DNA from: the human T2T-CHM13v2.0 reference genome, Homo sapiens | Length of the DNA: 64,000 nucleotides | NCBI RefSeq assembly: GCF_009914755.1 | Contig: NC_060948.1 | Direction: 5' to 3' (one strand) | Shown: positions 56,901 through 64,000 of the stretch, piece after piece | Layout of the letters: each line of letters starts with the position of its first letter | Position numbering within the stretch: the stretch's first letter is position 1 | Position numbers and translations under genes: made by a program | The notes under the pieces: model-generated | What the model was told of the DNA's origin: nothing | The model's database searches: none | The model's input: the letters and a program-made list of their open reading frames with translations, nothing else

Positions 56901-59900
56901 CTGGAATGGAATGCACTGGAATGGAAGGGAGTGTAATGGAAGGTTCTCGAAAAAAATGGAATCGAATGGAATGGAATTGAGTGGAACGGAATAGAGTCGA
57001 ATGGAATTGAATGGAATGGAATGGACTAGAGTGAAATGGAATCGAACCACAAGGAATGGACAGGAATAGAATGGTCTCGAATTGAATGGAATCGTATGGA
57101 ATGGCATCAAACGGAATGGAATGGACAGCCACGGAATGGAATGCACTCGAATGCAATGGAGTCGAAACTAATGGACTGGAATAGAATGGACTCGACTGGT
57201 ACGGACTCCAATGGAATGGAATCGAATGGAAGGGAATCGAACGGAATGGACTCGAAGGGAAAAGACTGCAATGGAACGGTCTCGAATGGAATGGAAATTA
57301 ATGGAATGGAATGGAATCGAATGAAATGGAGTCAAAAGGAATGGAATCGAATGGCAAGAAATCGAATGTAATGGAATCGCAAGGAATTGATATGAACGGA
57401 ACGGAATGGAATGGAATCCAAAGGAATGGAATAGAATGGAATGGAATCGAATGGAAAGGACTCGAATGGAAATCACTCGAATAGAATGCAATTTAATAAA
57501 ATAGGATCAAATGTAATGGAATGGAATGGAAAGGAATCGAAACGAAAGGAATGGAGACAGATGGAATGGAATGGAACAGATAGCAATGGTATACAATGGA
57601 ATGGAATCATCTGGAATGGAATTGAATGGAATGGAATAATATGAAATGGAATGGAATGGAATGGAATGGAATGCCCTTGAATTAAATGGACTGGACTCGA
57701 ACAGAGTGGAATGGAAAGTGTTGAGATAGAATGGAATGGACTCCTTTGGAATGGTCTAGTATGCAATGCAATGGACTGGCAGGGAATCAAAAGGAATGTA
57801 ATGGAATGGATTGGACTGGAATGCAATGGACTCGAATAGATTGGAAACGGAATGCAAAGGAATGGAATGGAATAGTATGGAATGGAATGGAAAGGAATGG
57901 AGTGGAATAGACTAGAGTGGAATGGAATGGACTGGAAAGCAATGGACTGAAATGAAACTTTCTTGAATGGACTGGAATCAAACGGAATGGGATGCAATGC
58001 AATAAAATGACATGGAATAAGATAGAATGAAAGAGAATCAAATGGAATTGAATCGAATGGAATCGAATGGATTGGAAAGGAATAGAATGGAATGGAATGG
58101 AATTGACTCAAATGGAATGGACTAGAATGGAATGGATTCGAATGGAAGGCAAAGGAATGGAATCTATTGGAATGGACTGTAATGGAATGGAATGGAAGGG
58201 ATTGGAATGGACTCGAATGGAATGGACTGTAATAGAAAGGATTCGAATGGAATGAAAAAGAATTGAATGGAATAGAACAGAATGGAATCAAATCGAATGA
58301 AATGGAATGGAATAGAAAGGAATGGAATGAAATGGAATGGAAAGGATTCGAATGGAATGCAATCGAATGGAATGGAATCGAACGGAATGGAATAAAATGG
58401 AAGAAAACTGGCAAGAAATGGAATCGAAATGAATGGAGTGTTATGGAACGGACTCAAAAGGAATTGAATGTAATAGAATGGAGTGGAGTGGACTCGAATA
58501 TAATGGACTGGAATGGAATGAAATCACATGGAATGGGAACGAATGGAATGGAATGGAAAGGAATGGAATCGAATGGAAAGGAATCGAACGGAAGGGAATG
58601 AAATTGAATCAACAGGAATGGAAGGGAATAGAATAGACTGTAATGGAATGGACACGAATAGAATGGACACGAATGCTCAAATTGAATGGACTCGAATGGA
58701 ATGGAAAGGAAAGGAAAGTCATCGAATGGAATTGAATCGATTGGAATGAAATCGCATAGAATGGAGTGGAATCAAATGGAATTGAATCGAAAGGAAAGGA
58801 AGCGAATGGACTGAAATGAAATGGAATGGAATTGAATGGAAAGTAATGCAATGGAATAGAATGGAACGAAATTTCACGGAATGGAATCAAACTGAATGGA
58901 ATCAAATCAATGGAATCTAATCAAATTGAATGGAAAGGAATTGAATTTAGTATATTGGATTGGATGGGATTGGAATGAAATGTACTGGAAAGGACTCGAA
59001 TTTCATGAAACGGAATGGAATGAATTGGAACGGAATGGACTCGAATGGAATGGAATGACATGGAATGGCATCAAATGGAATGGCATCAAATGGAATGGAA
59101 TCGAATACAATGGAATGCTATGGAATGGAATGGAATGCATTGGAATGGAATGTCCTCTAATGGAATGGATTCGAGTGGAATGGAATCGAATATAATGGAG
59201 TCGAATGAAATGGAATTGAAAGGAATGGGATCGAATAGAATGGAATATACTGGAATGTAATGTAATGAACTCGAATGTAATTGACTGGAATGGAATGTAC
59301 ATGAATGGAATGTAATCGAATATAAAGTAATCCAATGGAATAGAATCTAATGCAATAAAATCGACTCAGATAGAGTAGAATGTAATGGAATGGAGTGCAG
59401 TGCAATGGAATAGAATGGAATGGAATGCAATGGAATGGAATGGAATGGAATGGAATGGAATGGAATGGGATGGAATGGGGTGGAATGGTATGGAATGGAT
59501 AGTAATGGACTGGAGTGAAATGGACTGGAAAGGAATGGACTCAAATTGAAAGGGCTCGAAAGGAATGGAGACAAATGAAATGGTCTGGAATGGAATGAAC
59601 ACGAATGTAATGCAATCCAATAGAATGGAGTCGAATGGCATGGAATATAAAGAAATGGAATCGAAGAGAATGGAAACAAATGGAATGGAATTGAATGGAA
59701 TGGAATTGAATGGAATGGGAACGAATGGAGTGAAATTGTATGCAGTAGAAGAGAATAGAATGGAATGCAAGCGAAAGGAAAGGAATGGATTGGAATGGAA
59801 TGGAATTCATTGGAATGGAAGGGAATGTAGTGTAATGGACAGGCCTGGAATAAAGTGGAATGCTACGGTCTCGAATAGAATAAAAATGTATGGAATGGAA

Positions 59901-62900
59901 TGCAATGAAACGGAATCGAATGTCATAGAATGTAATGGAATGCAAAAAAATGGAATCCAAAATCATTGACTGGAAAGGCTGGGTGTCGAAAGGAATTGAC
60001 TCCAATGGAATGGAATCGAATGGAATGGAAGTAAATAGAATCGAACTAAATCGAATGGAATGGAATTGATAGGAACGGAATGGAAAGGAATGCAATGATT
60101 TGGCATGGAATGGAATCGAATGGCATCGAATGGAATGGAATGGAATGCAATGGAATGGAATGTATTAGAATGTAATGAACTTTAATGGAATGTACTCGAA
60201 TGGATTCGACTGGAATGGAATGTTCTGGAAGTGAATGGACTCCAATGGAATGGATTCAAAAGGAATGGAATCGTACGGAATGGAATCTAATGGAATGGAA
60301 TTAAATGGAAATGAATCAAATTGAATAGCACGGAATTGAATTGAATGGAATCGAATGCAATGGAATCTAATGAAACGGAAAGGAAAGGAATGGAATGGAA
60401 AGGAATGGGCTGGAATGGAAAGGAATCGAAACGAATGGAATGGAATCGAACTGAAGAGACTGGAATGGAATGCACTGGAATAGAAGGGAGTGTAATGGAA
60501 GGTTCTCGAAAAAAATGGAATCGAATGGAATGGAATTGAATGGAACGGAATAGAGTCGAATGGAATTGAATGGAATGGAATGGACTAGAGTGAAATGGAA
60601 TCGAACCACAAGGAATGGACAGGAATAGAATGGTCTCGAATTGAATGGAATCGTATGGAATGGCATCAAACGGAATGGAATGGACAGCCACGGAATGGAA
60701 TGCACTCGAATGCAATGGAGTCGAAACTAATGGACTGGAATAGAATGGATTCGACTGGTACGGACTCCAATGGAATGGAATCGAATGGAAGGGAATCGAA
60801 CGGAATGGACTCGAAGGGAAAAGACTGCAATGGAAAGGTCTCGAATGGAATGGAAATTAATGGAATGGAATGGAATCGAATGAAATGGAGTCAAAAGGAA
60901 TGGAATCGAATGGCAAGAAATCAAATGTAATGGAATCGCAAGGAATTGATGTGAACGGAACGGAATGGAATGGAATCCAAAGGAATGGAATAGAATGGAA
61001 TGGAATCGAATGGAAAGGACTCGAATGGAAATCACTCGAATAGAATGCAATTTAATAAAATAGGATCAAATGTAATGGAATGGAATGGAAAGGAATCGAA
61101 ACGAAAGGAATGGAGACAGATGGAATGGAATGGAACAGAGAGCAATGGTATAGAATGGAATGGAATCATCTGGAATGGAATTGAATGGAATGGAATAATA
61201 TGAAATGGAATGGAATGGAATGGAATGGAATGGAATGCCCTTGAATTAAATGGAATGGACTCGAACAGAGTGGAATGGAAAGTGTTGAGATAGCATGGAA
61301 TGGACTCCTTCGGAATGGTCTAGTATGCAATGCAATCGACTGGCAGGGAATCAAAAGGAATGTAATCGAATGGATTGGACTGGAATGCAATGGACTCGAA
61401 TAGATTGGAAACGGAATGCAAAGGAATGGAATGGAATAGTATGGAATGGAATGGAAAGGAATGGAGTGGAATAGACTAGAGTGGAATGGAATGGACTGGA
61501 AAGCAATGGACTGGAATGGAACTTTCTTGAATGGACTGGAATCAAACGGAATGGAATGCAATGCAATCAAATGGCATGGAATAAAATAGAATGAAAGAGA
61601 ATCAAATGGAATTGAATCGAATGGAATCGAATGGATTGGAAAGGAATAGAATGGAATGGAATGGAATTGACTCAAATGGAATGGACTAGAATGGAATGGA
61701 TTCGAATGGAAGGCAAAGGAATGGCATCTATTGGAATGGACTGTAATGGAATGGAATGGAAGGGATTGGAATGGACTCGAATGCAATGGACTGCAATAGA
61801 AAGGATTCGAATGGAATGAAAAAGAATTGAATGGAATAGAACAGAATGGAATCAAATCGAATGAAATGGAATGGAATAGAAAGGAATGGAATGAAATGGA
61901 ATGGAAAGGATTCGAATGGAATGCAATCGAATGGAATGGAATCGAACGGAATGGAATAAAATGGAAGAAAACTGGCAAGAAATGGAATCGAAATGAATGG
62001 AGTGTTATGGAACGGACTCAAAAGGAATTGAATGTAATAGAATGGAGTGGAGTGGACTCGAATATAATGGACTGGAATGGAATGAAATCACATGGAATGG
62101 GAACGAATGGAATGGAATGGAAAGGAATGGAATCGAATGGAAAGGAATCGAACGGAAGGGAATAAAATTGAATCAACAGGAATGGAAGGGAATAGAATAG
62201 ACGGTAATGGAATGGACTCGAATAGAATGGACACGAATGCTCAAATTGAATGGACTCGAAAGGAATGGAAAGGAAAGGAATGTCATCGAATGGAATTGAA
62301 TCGATTGGAATGAAATCGCATAGAATGGAGTGGAATCAAATGGAATTGAATCGAAAGGAAAGGAAGCGAATGGACTGAAATGAAATGGAATGGAATTGAA
62401 TGGAAATTAATGCAATGGAATAGAATGGAACGAAATTTCACGGAATGGAATCAAACTGAATGGAATCAAATCAATGGAATCTAATCAAATGGAATGGAAA
62501 GGAATTGAATGGAGTAGATTGGATTGGATGGGATTGGAATGAAATGTACTGGAAAGGACTCGAATTTCATGAAACGGAATGGAATGAATTGGAACGGAAT
62601 GGACTCGAATGGAATGGAATGTCATGGAATGGCATCAAATGGAATGGCATCAAATGGAATGGAATCGAATGCAATGGAATGCTATGGAATGGAATGGAAT
62701 GCATTGGAATGGAATGTCCTCTAATGGAATGGATTCGAGTGGAATGGAATCGAATATAATGGAGTCGAATGAAATGGAATTGAAAGGAATGGGATCGAAT
62801 ACAATGGAATATACTGGAATGAAATGTAATGAACTCGAATGTAATTGACTGGAATGGAATGTACATGAATGGAATGTAATCGAATGGAAAGTAATCCAAT

Positions 62901-64000
62901 GGAATAGAATCTAATGCAATAAAATCGACTCAAATAGAGTAGAATGTAATGGAATGGAGTGCAGTGCAATGGAATGGAATGGAATGGAATGGAATGGAAT
63001 GGGATGGAATGGTATGGAATGGATAGTAATGGACTGGAGTGAAATGGACTGGAAAGGAATGGACTCAAATTGAAAGGGCTCGAAAGGAATGGAGTCAAAT
63101 GGAATGATCTGGAATGGAATGAACACGAATGTAATGCAATCCAATAGAATGGAATCGAATGGCATGGAATATAAAGAAATGGAATCGAAGAGAATGGAAA
63201 CAAATGGAATGGAATTGAATGGAATGGAATTGAATGGAATGGGAAGGAATGGAGTGAAATTGTATGCAGTAGAAGAGAATAGAATGGAATGCAAGCGAAA
63301 GGAAAGGAATGGATTGGAATGGAATGGAATTCATTGGAATGGAAGGGAATGTAGTGTAATGGACAGGCCTGGAATAAAGTGGAATGCTACGGTCTCGAAT
63401 GGAATAAAAATGTATGGAATGGAATGCAATGAAACGGAATCGAATGTCATAGAATGTAATGGAATGCAAAAAATGGATTCCAAAATCACTGACTGGAAAG
63501 GCTGGGTGTCGAAAGGAATTGACTCCAATGGAATGGAATCGAATGGAATGGAAGTGAATAGAATCGAACTAAATCGAATGGAATGGAATTGATAGGAACG
63601 GAATGGAAAAGAATGCAATGATTTGGCATGGAATGGAATCGAATGGCATCGAATGGAATGGAATGGAATGCAATGGAATGGAATGTGTTAGAATGTAATG
63701 AACTTTAATGGAATGTACTCGAATGGATTCGACTGGAATGGAATGTTCTGGAAGTGAATGGACTCCAATGGAATGGATTCAAAAGGAATGGAATCGTACG
63801 GAATGGAATCTAATGGAATGGAATTAAATGGAAATGAATCAAATGGAATAGCACGGAATTGAATTGAATGGAATCGAGTGCAATGGAATCTAATGAAACG
63901 GAAAGGAAAGGAATGGAATGGAATGGAATGGGCTGGAATGGAAAGGAATCGAAATGAATGGAATGGAATCGAACTGAAGAGACTGGAATGGAATGCACTG
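38943..64000 (+). repeat. Higher-order repeat, copy 2 (partial; M12-M19, with one extra monomer relative to copy 1)
   Basis: Same order of diagnostic monomer variants as 1-21,500, for example tttaatgtaatgtac (11/38953), gaaatttaaccaac (12589/55061), gaatttagtatattgg (16456/58943) and gagatagcatgg (18795/61287). Confidence 0.88.
40940..47990 (+). repeat. Same nested 3,518-bp tandem duplication in copy 2 of the higher-order repeat
   Basis: Offset of 3,518 (41232/44750, 42147/45665, 42577/46095) and the same private variants as 2,000-9,050. There is an additional 5-bp deletion near 46,885. Confidence 0.85.

Larger units (their letters stand above)
3205..63369. repeat. 17 complete HaeIII-defined monomers (one GGCC inside AGGCCT, a StuI site, per monomer)
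   Basis: GGCC starts at 3205, 6723, 10262, 13796, 17350, 20894, 24442, 27955, 31492, 35046, 38614, 42147, 45665, 49199, 52749, 56283, 59842 and 63366. Spacings are 3518, 3539, 3534, 3554, 3544, 3548, 3513, 3537, 3554, 3568, 3533, 3518, 3534, 3550, 3534, 3559 and 3524 (mean about 3,539). This corresponds to the classic male-specific '3.4-kb' HaeIII fragment. A conserved EcoRI site (ggaattcattgg) lies about 40 bp upstream of each GGCC. Confidence 0.93.
1..64000 (+). repeat. DYZ1: Human satellite III (HSat3) array, DYZ1-type (Yq12 heterochromatin); degenerate (GGAAT)n, about 18.1 tandem monomers of about 3.54 kb
   Basis: Continuous GGAAT/CGAAT/GGACT/TGAAT pentamers across the window with no orientation switch. 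Unique landmarks (gaagagactg, ccacaagg, tttaataaaatagg, gctgggtgtcg, caggcct) recur every ~3.54 kb. The reverse complement from the HaeIII site (cctgtccattacactacattcccttccattccaatgaattcc) matches the start of the published 3,564-bp DYZ1 monomer as I recall it. The HSat3 identity is seen directly; the DYZ1/Y assignment relies on recalled knowledge. Confidence 0.95.

Noticed and set aside
102-63998. Hundreds of ORFs of 61-313 aa (MEWNG-type on +, FHSIP-type on -), including 14986-15927 and 25631-26572
   Set aside because: They are the automatic translation of (GGAAT)n/(ATTCC)n, which lacks stop codons in every frame. They overlap in all frames, have no domain-like content, and are opened or closed at random by single variants among monomers.
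1-64000. CRISPR-like or repeat-spacer array
   Set aside because: There are no constant repeats separated by unique spacers; all intervening sequence is degenerate pentamer that repeats at 3.5 kb. No cas-like gene is present.
1-64000. DYZ2/HSat1B blocks, Alu/L1 insertions or inversions, which occur elsewhere in Yq12
   Set aside because: I saw no AT-rich or Alu-derived segment, no non-satellite insert and no switch to ATTCC on the + strand.
1-64000. A defined ncRNA gene or promoter for SatIII/DYZ1 transcripts
   Set aside because: Such transcripts are known in general, but no start, end or splice structure can be located from this sequence alone.

Overview
The whole 64 kb window is one uninterrupted, single-orientation array of human satellite III (HSat3). 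It is built from degenerate GGAAT pentamers on the + strand (ATTCC on the - strand), organised into about 18.1 tandem monomers of 3,513-3,568 bp. The single HaeIII/StuI site per monomer, the nearby conserved EcoRI site, the monomer length and the sequence around the HaeIII site match the Y-specific DYZ1 repeat of Yq12 heterochromatin as I recall it. I see no protein-coding gene, RNA gene, transposon, CRISPR array or DYZ2 block; every ORF in the track is a pentamer-translation artefact. Monomers are numbered M1-M19 from the recurring tgtaatgaac anchor, starting at 1, 3534, 7052, 10591, 14125, 17679, 21222, 24750, 28284, 31821, 35375, 38943, 42476, 45994, 49528, 53078, 56612, 60171 and 63694. 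Structure above the monomer level: (1) a higher-order duplication with offsets of 38,942 bp (11 monomers) then about 42,487 bp (12 monomers), implying a one-monomer deletion and a chimeric monomer in the first copy; (2) a nested 3,518-bp tandem duplication; (3) monomer subfamilies with mosaic, conversion-like variant patterns; (4) three fixed sites per monomer that form perfect nGAAnnTTCnnGAAn heat-shock elements, about 48 intact copies in the window, knocked out in specific monomer variants. I found no evidence for a novel gene-encoded system. The best candidate for function is the HSE lattice, and its function is inferred, not shown.
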